A stretch of DNA of 64,000 nt from the human T2T-CHM13v2.0 reference genome, Homo sapiens: NCBI RefSeq assembly GCF_009914755.1, contig NC_060926.1; one strand, 5' to 3'. How positions within the stretch are numbered: position 1 is the stretch's first letter; every line of letters begins with the position of its first letter. The notes under the pieces were generated by a model. The model was given only the letters and a program-made list of their open reading frames with translations, had not been told where the DNA came from and did no database searches. The translations under genes were made by a program, and so were the position numbers. Shown one piece after another: positions 52,540-64,000 of this stretch.

Positions 52540-54235
52540 AACTGTTCATGGATTGAGAGACTTTATGATGGTTAGATTGTGATACTCTCCAAATTGATCT
52601 ATGTATTCAATGCAATCCCTAGCAAAAACCCAACTGTTTTTTTTTTGCAGATATTAACAAACTGATTCCAAAATTAATATGGAAATGCAAGAGACCCAGC
52701 ATAGCCAAAGCAATCTTGAAAAATAAGAACGAATTTGGAAGAATCACACATCCTGATTTCAAAATTTAGTACAAAGCTACAATAATTGACTGTGTCGTAC
52801 TGACATAAGAATAGACAGGTATAGATCAATGAATAAAATACAATTGAGGATCCGGAAATATACCCTTACATTTTTGGAAAATTCATTTTCTTTAAGGGTG
52901 TCGAGACAATTCAATGAATAAAAAAACAATCTTTTCAATGAATGATACTAGCACAACTAGATATCCACATGCAAAGAATGAATTTGAACTCCTTCCTCAC
53001 ACAGTGTGCAGGAATGAACTCAAAATGATAATAGGCCTAAATGTAAGAGCTAACACTGTATAAGATTCTTATAATAAAACAAAGGTGTACATCTTTGTGA
53101 CCTTATATTAGGCAATGTTTCTTAGATACAAAACCAAAAACACAAGCTACAAAAGAAAAAATAAATACATTGGACTTCGTTAACATAAAAAACTTTTGTG
53201 CTTTAAAGGACACATGAAGAAAGTGAAGACAACCCAAAGAACAGGAAAACATATTTGTAAATCATATATTGGATAAGAAATTTGTATATGGAATATTTAA
53301 AGAACTCTCTACAGGTCAATAATAAAAAGACAAATAGACATTTCTCCAAAGAAGATACACAAAGGGCCAATAATCACAGGGAAAGAAGCTCAACATCATT
53401 GGTCATTACAGAAATGTAAATCAAAACTACAATGACATATCACTTTATACCCATTAGGATGAATACAATAAATTAAAATTAAAAATGAAAATAAGCTGTG
53501 GCAAGTCTATGGAGATTTTATACCCATTAGGATGAATAAAATAAATTAAAATTAAAAATGAAAATAAGTTGTGGCAAGTCTATGGAGATATTAAAACCCT
53601 CATGTATTGCTGGTAAGAATGGCAAATTATTCAGACATGTGGGAAATAGTGCAGCAGTTCCTCAAAATGTTAAACATATAGTTACCATATGAGCAACAAT
53701 TCCACTCCACAGCGTACGCCAGAGAACAGAAAGCATATGTTCACACAAGAACTTGTACCCAAATGTTCATGGCAACATTATTCATAATAGGCAAGAGTGG
53801 AAACAACCCAAATGCTCACCAGCTGATGAATGGATAAACTTAGTGTGGTATATCCATAAAGTGGAATATTGTTGGGCCATAAAATGGAGTAAAATACTGA
53901 TATATGCTACAACATGGATGAGCTTTTGAAAACATTATTCTAAGTGAAAGAAGCCACAAGTCTTATGATTCTGTTTATATGAAATGTCTACAATAGGCAA
54001 CTCCTTTGAGACAGAAATTAGATTAATGATTGACAGGGCCTGTTGGGGAAGGGGAGGATGAGGAATGACTGCTAATGGAGTTTGAGGTTTCTTTTTGGGG
54101 TGATAAAAATGTTCTGACATTAGTTGATGATGGTTACAAAACTCTGAATATACTGAAAACCACTTAATTGTACTCTTTAAAATGGTGACTCTTATGTAAA
54201 TTACATATCGATAAAGCTGTTGTAAGAAATAAAAA
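52540..54235 (+). mobile_element. L1MB (MB4-MB8-like) ORF2 end and 3' UTR
   Basis: TGTTCATGGATTG...TTCAATGCAATCCC...ATAGCCAAAGCAATCTTGAAAAA...AATGTTCATGGCAACATTATTCATAATAG...GGGGTGATAAAAATGTTCT...ATAAAGCTGTT. Confidence 0.93.
53444..53589. repeat. 73-bp tandem duplication inside L1MB
   Basis: 53444-53516 and 53517-53589 differ at 2 positions. Confidence 0.95.
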
Positions 54236-54254
54236 TGATCTTAAGGCAATCCTT

Positions 54255-54443
54255 TAGATGACTGTAGCTGCAGCCCCGCAGACATGGGGCTGCAAATTTA
54301 CAAGCGATCCAACCCTAGAACCGCCTAGCTAAGCTACTTCTAAATCTCTGGCTCAGAGAAACTGTGAGAGAGAATAAATGTTTATTTTTTTAATTTATTA
54401 AGTTGTGGGATAATTTATTATACAACATTAGAAAATTAATACA
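54255..54443 (+). mobile_element. MLT1 (F-like) LTR 3' fragment
   Basis: AGATGACTG...GCAGCCCC...AGAACCGCCTAGCTAAGCTACT...CAGAGAAACTGTGAGA...AATAAATGTTT...TAATACA. Confidence 0.78.
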
Positions 54444-54964
54444 ATGAGCTCTTGGTGTTATGTGCTTGATATATAGAGAAGCAGACACAAATTCATTCCT
54501 GTGTAAGAGAAACAGATAAGAAAGTTAATGATTTTGGCAAAAATGAGGCCATCAAATATCCTGACATACATGATAATCACAGGTTCCAATATTATGTTAA
54601 ATTATCCACCTAAGTATTTTTGTAACCCGCCCAACCCTGTCTCCACTTATCTGTAAGCATATATCAAGCCCTTCATAATAATATGAATGTTTGAGAGCTT
54701 TCAAAAACAATCGTCTTTTAAAATTTGGTACCTTAAACCATGAAGTGTTCTTTAGCCTTATGGAAATTCTTTCTTATCTACATGAAAAGGAGAAAATTAA
54801 TTTTTTAAAAGTCTAGAGTAGACCAAGTGTTTCACAAAACTACCAACCCCTGCATGAAATGTTGCTACTCAATCTAAAAGTGAGAGACATTTTTTTTAAC
54901 TCATTTCACTACAACAAAGTGCTTCTGTTGCAGTTATGTCTTACTTTCTTTAAAATAATAACTT

Positions 54965-55658
<694 letters not shown>

Positions 55659-57052
55659 GATAACCTAATTTACTTATGTCCAGCCTCTTAAGCTCGTATG
55701 TTGTCTTTCTTACTCTGTTGGAATAATGCATTCAGATGCATAAATGCTGTTTATAAGTGTGGGTTTTTGATAATGGGTCTTTCTATATCTGGTTTGTTGC
55801 TTTGATGAAACCGGAGTCCACGTGTAACAATAGTTTATTGTGACTCCACTTATGAAGAGACAGGTATCCACAGGATTCCCTGTTAGGGAACAGCTCTGAG
55901 CCCTAATGTCTTCTGTAAGGAAGCAGCAGCATCAGGCGTGCTTTCTAGAATCCATCCTCTCCTCTGCTTCTCTGGGTAACATCCAATACAACTTTTCCAC
56001 TGTCCTGGAGTACAGGGCCTCTCTGACCCTCTAACCTTTCTGTAGTGGGAGCCTGTTTACAATTTTAGAAATTAAATAGGCAATTTGAATCTCTCTCTGA
56101 AGATTATCCTCAGAGTCAAATTTCATGACAAAGTAAGAGTTCTGGATTTCTTCTTCCTGCAGTGTTTCTGCCTGACTTTGACAGAGGTGACTTTGCCAGG
56201 CAATGTTTTTTCATGGATTTTGCTTTTCTTTATATTTTAATGTTGTGAGGGGCAAGCAAGTACGTACCTTAAGGCTAATATATCACCATCTGTCACCAGA
56301 GTCCCCCCTTTGGTATTCTTTTCCTTTCTGGTTTAAAACACTCAATCCCAAAAGCCTATGGCTGAGTAGCAAGAAGCTAAATGTATTCCAAAGCTCTTAA
56401 CATATTGCATTGTGTAGATGACCCATTTGAGCATTTCAGAAACCAAACAGGAGAGAAAAGAACATTGAAAGCACAGAAAAGATTAACACCTGCTTCCAGT
56501 TTTCCAAGAAATTAGAGCATACTGTATATATCCAGCGTAAAGCGGTTTACTCTCCCATATTGGGATATTTTATTCAGATTTTCAATTCAATATGCACAGC
56601 ATCACATGCTTATGACTTTGTTTCACTATAGGATTCCACGCAGAACTTGGAAGACAGAGAAGTTTTGAATGGTGTACAGACAGAACTACTAACTTCGCCA
56701 AGAACTAAGGACACATTGAGGTATTCTCTTTATACAGATAAGAATATCTGATTTATTTCAATTTGATGTGTTTTTTAATAGTTTATAATTGTTCTTACTT
56801 TACAAGAAAGATCAGGATAAGTAGAATCATGGAGTGCAACATGTCCCAAGTCTAACAGTTACTTAATTCTTCTTTTCTAGTGTTTTCTTCATATGAGAAC
56901 TTACTGACAAACATATATACAAATGATCCTTAATCCATCCAATACTCTTCTGTACCCAGGATTTCTGAAATACTTTTTTCTCTCCTCAAACAGCAATTTC
57001 AAATGAACATTTCAGAGGTCATTGTGGTGGTTTTACTTTGACTTTAGCTCTT

Positions 57053-57089
57053 TGAAAGCACCAAATCCTAGCCACTAGACCACCGGGGA
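57053..57089 (-). pseudogene. Tailless retropseudogene of the 5' half of tRNA-Glu(TTC)
   Basis: Minus strand reads TCCCCGGTGGTCTAGTGGCTAGGATTTGGTGCTTTCA versus remembered tRNA-Glu-TTC TCCCTGGTGGTCTAGTGGCTAGGATTCGGCGCTTTCA (34/37); 13-bp TSD TTTAGCTCTTTGA at 57043-57055 and 57098-57110. Confidence 0.9.
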
Positions 57090-57279
57090 ACCCTAAATTT
57101 AGCTCTTTGAGTGCTACTTTGTATTGTGCTTTAACACCCTTGTAATAGTTTACTTGATGAAATAAAATGAACCCTGTCTATCAACCAGGGTTTTTCATGT
57201 TCTTAATGAAGGCAACTCATTTGCTGTCAGTGGCTGCCATGTTTCCCAGTACTTTCTTTGCTTTGCATTGATTCCCAGT

Positions 57280-57520
57280 TCAGCTCTAGGTAGTGCCTGG
57301 GTTCATATCGCAGCTATGCCTCTTTACTAGTCCTGTGAGCTTAGACAAGTTACTCATTTCTCTTTCTCTTAGTTTCTAGTCTGTAGAATGGAAATAGTAT
57401 TAAAATCTTATTCAGAGGGTTAGTATGGGTATTAAATGAGTTAATACATGTAGACCATTTTGCACAGTGTTGTGGTTAGGATAAATCCTGTGAGTGTTTG
57501 CTGCTGTTTCTACTACTATC
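57280..57520 (+). mobile_element. MIR SINE
   Basis: TGCCTGGGTTCA...TTACTAGTCCTGTGAGCTTAGACAAGTTACT...ATTAAATGAGTTAATACATGTA. Confidence 0.85.
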
Positions 57521-57867
57521 ATTAATATCACATCATCTCTATTATTGTTCTAATCATCATTTTGTTTAACGCACTTCAAATTTGGCATAAGGAAAATAAT
57601 TTCATATTTAATAGATGGTTACTTCAGCATTAGGTAAAGCTACTGAAGTTTATAATTATTCATGCAGTTGACGTATTCCTTTCATTTAGTCCAAACAATT
57701 AACATGAAATTAGCTTTTTAAAAACATAGGTCATCATCCTTTGTCATGTGCTTTACTGTATGGATTCTCCTCAAACTTATTTATAGCCACGTGAGCATAG
57801 TTACTCTTTATTTAGATCGTTTCTTTGACTGATGAGCTATACAGTATTAAAAATTTGATGGAAACTA

Positions 57868-57994
57868 GGCTAGGTGGTGCCTGCCTATCATCCCAGCTAC
57901 TTGAGAGGCTGATACAGAGGATCACTTGAGTGCAGGAGTTCGAGTCCATCTTGCAACATAGGGAGACCCTCTCTCTCTCTGAAGAAAAAAAAAA
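57868..57994 (+). mobile_element. FLAM (free Alu monomer)
   Basis: TCCCAGCTACTTGAGAGGCTGA...GAGGATCACTTGAG...AGGAGTTCGAG...CAACATAGGGAGACCC plus A tail; monomer length. Confidence 0.85.
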
Positions 57995-58070
57995 GGCGGG
58001 GGGATATGGGGTAGGGAGTAATAGAAAATCTTCAAGCACCATCTTTTCAGAAACTTAATAAGATTATCTA

Positions 58071-58122
58071 ATTATGTCTACCTCCAGAAACTAATAAGAT
58101 TGTTTCTGGAGGTAGACATAAT
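58071..58122. repeat. Perfect 21-bp inverted repeat with 10-nt loop
   Basis: ATTATGTCTACCTCCAGAAAC (58071-58091) / GTTTCTGGAGGTAGACATAAT (58102-58122). Confidence 0.95.
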
Positions 58123-58338
58123 GATTGTAATGCTCTTATTCTATTTGGCTTTAATTTCACTTATTTCAGTGTTAGCTTTTTGAAAAGTTTGTTAATATCT
58201 TGTCCAAATGCTATGTGAATAGCATCATAGAGTCAACATTAGTTTGGTTTATGGCTGTATGAACAAATTAGCCAAGCTTTCTTCAGCTACAGGGAATTGA
58301 GAGAAATGGAGTATAGGAACTTAAAAATATATATATTC

Positions 58339-58654
<316 letters not shown>

Positions 58655-58683
58655 AAAAACATATATATTCTTTAGTTAAGAAA

Positions 58684-58687
<4 letters not shown>

Positions 58688-58734
<47 letters not shown>
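58688..58734. repeat. (TG)~18(TA)n microsatellite
   Basis: Read directly from the sequence. Confidence 0.95.
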
Positions 58735-59499
58735 TTGATTATCAAAACGGGCTTTTCACATGAGTTTTCTTATCACCTTTAATAGGTTAAGGAACTACAA
58801 TTCATAGCAATTAAGTGACAGCTAGAGACTTAATTGACACCCACCACTCTTGTCTACAAAGCCACTATTTCAAACATTCCTGTTGCGTGTACATTCCCTG
58901 ATGCCTTGGTGTTTTATTTCATGCTACCTGACCAAGGCTAGGAAACTTCTCATATAAAAGTGCAGCTAAAATCAGTTTTATATCAAATTCAAAAAGTAGA
59001 GTGAGTGCAATTCCCAGCACTTTAAGACCCTGGAGTGGGAAAAGGATGATAACAATCTTAATGCCATTGAATGCATGGGGGAAAGCTTGGAGGTTACAGT
59101 TCTAAGACAGGACATTGATTCTAGCCAGTATGAGATGAAAAACAGTTGAAGTGAAATTAGGAAGCCAATTCTGTCTGAATTACATGGTCCATATGCTCCT
59201 GGGGCAGGGAGAATCTCATATGCCACAGGGCTTGGCCCATGCATAGGACTTTGGGCACGCATCCACGTAGAAGCTAAGTAAATTATTTGTAGTCTGTCTC
59301 AAAATGTCTTGTAACTGTTTAATTTCTATAATCATTGCTCAAGCCTTTGTTATCCCTCAGCTACACCATTATAATAACCTACTAACTTCTCTGTCAAATG
59401 TCAGTTTCCCCTTATTCTAATTGATCCCACATATTACTGTTGGATAAAATGTTTTAAACCACAGAATTTATCAAGCCATTCCTTAGTTCCAGACCTTTT

Positions 59500-59730
59500 G
59501 GATTTAGATAAGTCTTGGGTTTGAGTACTAACTCTGCTACTTACTACCTGTGCAATCTTGGACTAATTACATTACTTCTTTAATATGTATCTTCATAGGA
59601 AAATTGGTATCATGGTCACATAGATTATTGTGAAGATTAAATGAGATATAGTACAGACAACCGACTTAGCACAATGCTAAATGAAAGGCTGAAGAAACAT
59701 TAATTGCTATTGCCATTATCATTGTCATTT
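59500..59730 (+). mobile_element. MIR, flanked by L2-like sequence
   Basis: TGGGTTTGAG...CTCTGCTACTTACTACCTGTG...TTGTGAAGATTAAATGAGATA...CTTAGCACAATGC. Confidence 0.8.
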
Positions 59731-60239
59731 TTACACAGATTGTAGTTTATTGTAACTATTTCTCATTCACCCAAGCAAGACTGTGAATCCTCCAAAGGGT
59801 TTCTGACACCTAATACAGGTCTTGGAATATAATAGGGACATATTTGCTAAGTGAATGACTGAATGGATAAAACACATTGCTCCATAAATCATAAGCAAAA
59901 CTGTTAACTGCTCACCCATTATTAACGCAAACATCTTTATTTAAAATAACATTTAAAAGACATTCTCCAAATAGTTTTACAATATGCATCTCTTATGAAG
60001 CACCACTCAACTTATTTTGATCTTAAAAAGACAATGAAGCAAGAGGTTTGGTGGTTTTTTAAGAAAATTACACTTTGAATGTCTCTTTAAATAGCAAGCA
60101 ATATGTACAAAAGACCTTCACCTCATCCCTAATTCCTATCTCATTTCTGACTCTGCCTTATCTCTCCACTCCTGCTTCCACAGATAAGCCTTCTTCCAGA
60201 CTTGCCTTTTGTTTCATTCTTAAAACGCCAGCGCATTTT

Positions 60240-61335
60240 AGCCTATCCTCTCCTGTGTCAAGGATATCTATTCATTGATCAAACTGTTTGCAGAGGCCAT
60301 CTCAAAATATGTGGGACATTTCCCCATGTTTTGATGCTTTATTCCTGTAATCATTGCTCAAGCCTCTGTTACTCTATTAGTTTCAGCTAGATTATTGCAA
60401 TAATTTAGTAATTCCTGCCTCAAGTACCAGTCTCTCCCTTGTGGTTCCCTTTTCCAATTGGTGTCACATATCACTGCATAAATATTTCTAAACCATAGCG
60501 TTTATCACACTTCTCCCTAATTCTAGAACCTGTAGTGACTTCATTTTCTGCAAATTAAGTATAAATTTGCTAGCCAGAAATTTAACACACCACTCTGAGC
60601 TTTGATCTCAAGCTAATGGTTTAATCTGTCTCCTATACACAGCACCTTTCTTTGTTTCCCTTTTCTCCCTTCTTCTTTCTCCTCGTTATTCTCTCTCCCA
60701 CCTTCCTCCCTCCCTCCCTCTCTCTAATATTACAACCAATTGTTATGCTCACAGACTATCCTCGTTCAATATCTCCATACAGTTGACTTTCTCTCCTGTG
60801 CATGCCCACTCCATCCCCTCACCTATCTTTTCTGATGGAAGACCCGTTTGTCCTTCTTCAGGAATAGATTCCTAATCCCAGCTTCCCTTCCTAATCCTGT
60901 ACCCTCCTCTGAAACACATCACAAGGTGCCTCCACTTTGAAACTGCACCTTGGTTAGGCAGTTAAGAACTCTGCTCTGGGGTGCAATAAATCACTATTTG
61001 AGTCTTGACTCTATAGAAATGGTATGATGTCGGACAAGTTATTGAACTCTCTAAGCATAAGTTTACTTCTAAAATGGATGTGATATAAATGTTTACTTTA
61101 TAGATTTAGTATCAGTACATGATATAATGTCCAGAAGAAGGTTAGTACACTGCCTCCCAAGTAATACCTTGCATTCACCGAGAATCTACTACTGTAACCC
61201 ATCGCTTTCTATTCTTTTTTATTACCTGTCACAACCTTCCCCTTAGATTATAAACTCCTCAAGCATTGGTCTTTGTTTTTTCCTTGTGGAACTTCCCCAA
61301 TGAAACAACTCAATTAATATTTGTTGAATTCAAGT
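60240..61335 (+). mobile_element. Degraded L2 containing a MIR (about 60950-61165)
   Basis: CAAGCC...CTAGATTATTGCAATA...; end TAGATTATAAACTCCTCAAG...CAATTAATATTTGTTGAAT; MIR GTTAAGAACTCTGCTCTGG...GGACAAGTTATTGAACTCTCTAAGC. Confidence 0.6.
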
Positions 61336-61729
61336 GAAGTAAGTGGATCTCATCACCAACAACAAAGTCTTTGATAGATTTTTACTCAGTACATTTGCAT
61401 CCTCAAGATATTTCACCATCAAGTAGAGTTCAAGGTTATCCACAGATTCTTCCTGGAGGTTTCGCTCTGTAGTCCGCCTCTCATACTATTGCATGCCACA
61501 GATCTATGAATCCACCCTTCCAGAAAATCAGCTAACACTCAGCCATGTGCTGCAGTCCTTTGTCTTCTCTCTGCATGTCAGCAGTCTGATTGCAAATAAA
61601 ACGTGTTCCTCAATCCTGCAGTATTTAAGGCTTTTTTAAGAAAGTCTTACTGAGGAAATCAATAGAAAAAAATGGATTATTCTCTTTTAGCCTATAAGCT
61701 TGTTTCCTTAGACAGTTCTAACAATCATA

Positions 61730-62210
61730 CTAATAGCAGGTAGTTATTGAATGCTTTGTAAATACCAGATGTGGTATGTGTAACATATATGTGTTATGAT
61801 CTTTATTTTTCTTATTAAAGCCAACAACTCTAATAGGGAAATACCTAATCTTTTTTTTTTTTTTTTTTTGAGATGAAGTTTTGCTCTTTCACCCAGGCTG
61901 GAGTGAAGTGGTGTGATCTCCGCTCACTGCAACCTCTGCCTCCTGGGTTCAAGTGATTCTTATGCCTCAGCCTCCCGAGTAGCTGGGACTACAAGTGTGT
62001 GCCACCACACCCTGCTAATTTTTGTATTTTTAGTAGAGATGGTGTTTCTCCATGGTGGCCAGGCTGGTCTCGAACTTCTGACCTCAAGTGATCTGCCCGC
62101 CTTGGCCTCCCAAAGTACAGGGATTACAGACGTGAGCCAACGCGCCTGGCCAGGAATTACCTAATCTTAATGTTCTCCGTGTGCAAATGAGGAAACTGAG
62201 GCACCAGGTC
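61730..62210 (-). mobile_element. MIR split by an Alu
   Basis: TTATTGAATGCTT...CAACAACTCT | CAAATGAGGAAACTGAGGCAC. Confidence 0.65.
61851..62151 (-). mobile_element. AluS (Sz/Sx-like), full length
   Basis: Full dimer, GACCTCAAGTGATC; 16-bp TSD GGAA(A/T)TACCTAATCTT (61837-61852, 62153-62168). Confidence 0.96.
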
Positions 62211-64000
62211 TTAATTAAAATAATTTACTCAGACTCCTGACTCAAAAGTTACCACTGGGATACACTTTCTCTGTAATTACACATGTGAATCATGATTTTC
62301 TTCTGAAATAAATTACCCCCGGCTCCCCATCCTCAATTTCATCTCTTCCATACCTCAACAAGTGACCTGCCACTGAGTTCAGTAATCTTAGTGTTAAAAA
62401 TGCTGTCCATTTGCCTTGTGTAAAGAAATGAGACTTACAAACATCTGCAGCTTCTATTGTATATTTTTCCCTCAAGCTTGAAGTCTTTCTTCTGGATGGA
62501 AACCAAATGAAGCCTTTCACTTCTAGCTCTAGCAGAGTTGCCATTCATGACAGTCTCATTTTTAGACCACTGATTCTGCAGCTTCGCCTATAGTTTTGTC
62601 TAAATCTCAGATTGGTAGCAGCTGGTTTCAGTTTTATCAATTAGATCTTAGAGCATTTTGCTATTTTAATACTAGTTGAACTAATGCTTTGTAACTATCT
62701 GCTTGTTTTAGTATGTCTTAGAAAGTTGTATAAAGATAGCTATTTTGATCTTAGTAAAATTTTCCCACTTTTCTTCTATGTATAACCAAAATATTTTTCT
62801 TTTATCTCACACAGTTTATTTTCTGTTTTTTGTTTTTTTTTTTTTTTGTAAGTGGCTGTCAACCGCTTTTTCTTTCCATTGCCAGAATATCCTGTCTACC
62901 TCATTTTCTGTATTTTCCATTTTAAACCAACCTTCTAGCTTATTTTCTGGCTACTATACTGTCCTCTAAAACATAAACATAAATGTGCACATGTCCTGTT
63001 CACTAGTCCCTGAATTCTACTCTAGAGTTTATCTAAACAAATAGCAATAATAGCCTATTTTCATGTCTTTGTAAAATCTCACTTTATGAGATATGTCGTC
63101 AAATAATTGTGTCCAGTCCTACTTGCTGTGTTTCTCTTCCATGAAGAGTGCATATATAGAGATCTCTACAGAGCACAACTCCATCACGTATTTCTAGTAC
63201 TGAGGGTTGTTTTCTCTTTTTAAATAAATAAAAATATGTGAACTGGTCCATGGGGCATTATTTTTCAAATGTTCTCCTTTCTATCTTGAAACAAATAATA
63301 GATAACATTTTATAAAGAACATGATGAGACATGGTCTATGTAAAATTTTATTACTTATCTTTATTAAATAGATCTAACTTTCTATAAGTGCTTATATATT
63401 ACAGTAAACAAAATTGAAAGTCTGCTAGGCTTTTTTTCTGGGCTAGTACTATTTTTGTGATAATAATTTAAAAGTTATCAAAAATGCTTCTAGCTACAAA
63501 ATTGCAACTATTGTGTGTAATGGTAGAATAAAAATTTATTCTGAGATACTGAAAGGAGAATCTCATAAAATAGAACTCAACTTTTAAAATTCCATTCTCA
63601 CAAATTTTTTAAGTATTCTTTTTTAAAAGATTGGCTACTTAAAAATGTTTGGCTTTCTTAAGTGAATGTAAAAACACATTATTAATGATTACTAAAGAGT
63701 AGGTATCAGTATGATACATATAATTTATTATGTCTTATAGAAGGGATTTTGAGTGGGAGTAAAGAAATATTTGTGAAATAGAAAAGAACATGAGAATTCA
63801 TAAAAGGTATTCTAAAAATTCTTAAGCTGAAAAGTTAAAGTCTGTAACAGACTAAACACATTCCAAATGCCTCTAGATATTACATATGGATGCTATCTCT
63901 CAGCATGTGGATACTTGATACATTTAATAGGAAAGATTTGTGTTGTGCTTTCAGTGCAAAACTATAAAAATATGTTACAAAGGTAAGGGTAATAATTTTC

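Noticed and set aside
62290-62548. Minus-strand ORF with an internal GTAAGT donor at 62438
   Set aside because: Two frames are open but neither peptide is recognisable and no acceptor or promoter supports it; consistent with chance.

Overview
This is AT-rich, CpG-depleted primate (human-like) non-coding DNA, most likely part of one long intron or an intergenic stretch. I cannot support any protein-coding gene, prokaryotic system or CRISPR array. The ORF track is explained by Alu, L1, LTR and microsatellite sequence or by chance. The window is a mosaic of about 10 Alu/FLAM copies, young and ancient L1 fragments, L2 and MIR relics, MaLR solo LTRs (THE1, MST, MLT1) and hAT/Tigger MITEs (MER33, MER94, MER5, MER1B nested in MER112, MER44). 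Repeat subfamily names come from remembered consensus sequences and need RepeatMasker/Dfam confirmation. The most interesting signals are small insertion or repair scars that can be read directly: (1) a 28-bp exact copy of sequence about 1 kb upstream, captured between two Alus sharing one target site; (2) a tailless 5'-half tRNA-Glu(TTC) retrocopy with a perfect 13-bp target-site duplication (TSD); (3) a perfect 21-bp-stem hairpin made of direct plus inverted local copies; (4) a roughly 200-bp twin-primed L1MA; and (5) an AT minisatellite lodged inside an Alu 3' end. There are also unverified candidates for an 18-nt microexon and a recursive splice site on the + strand. I found no evidence of a new multi-gene biological system.
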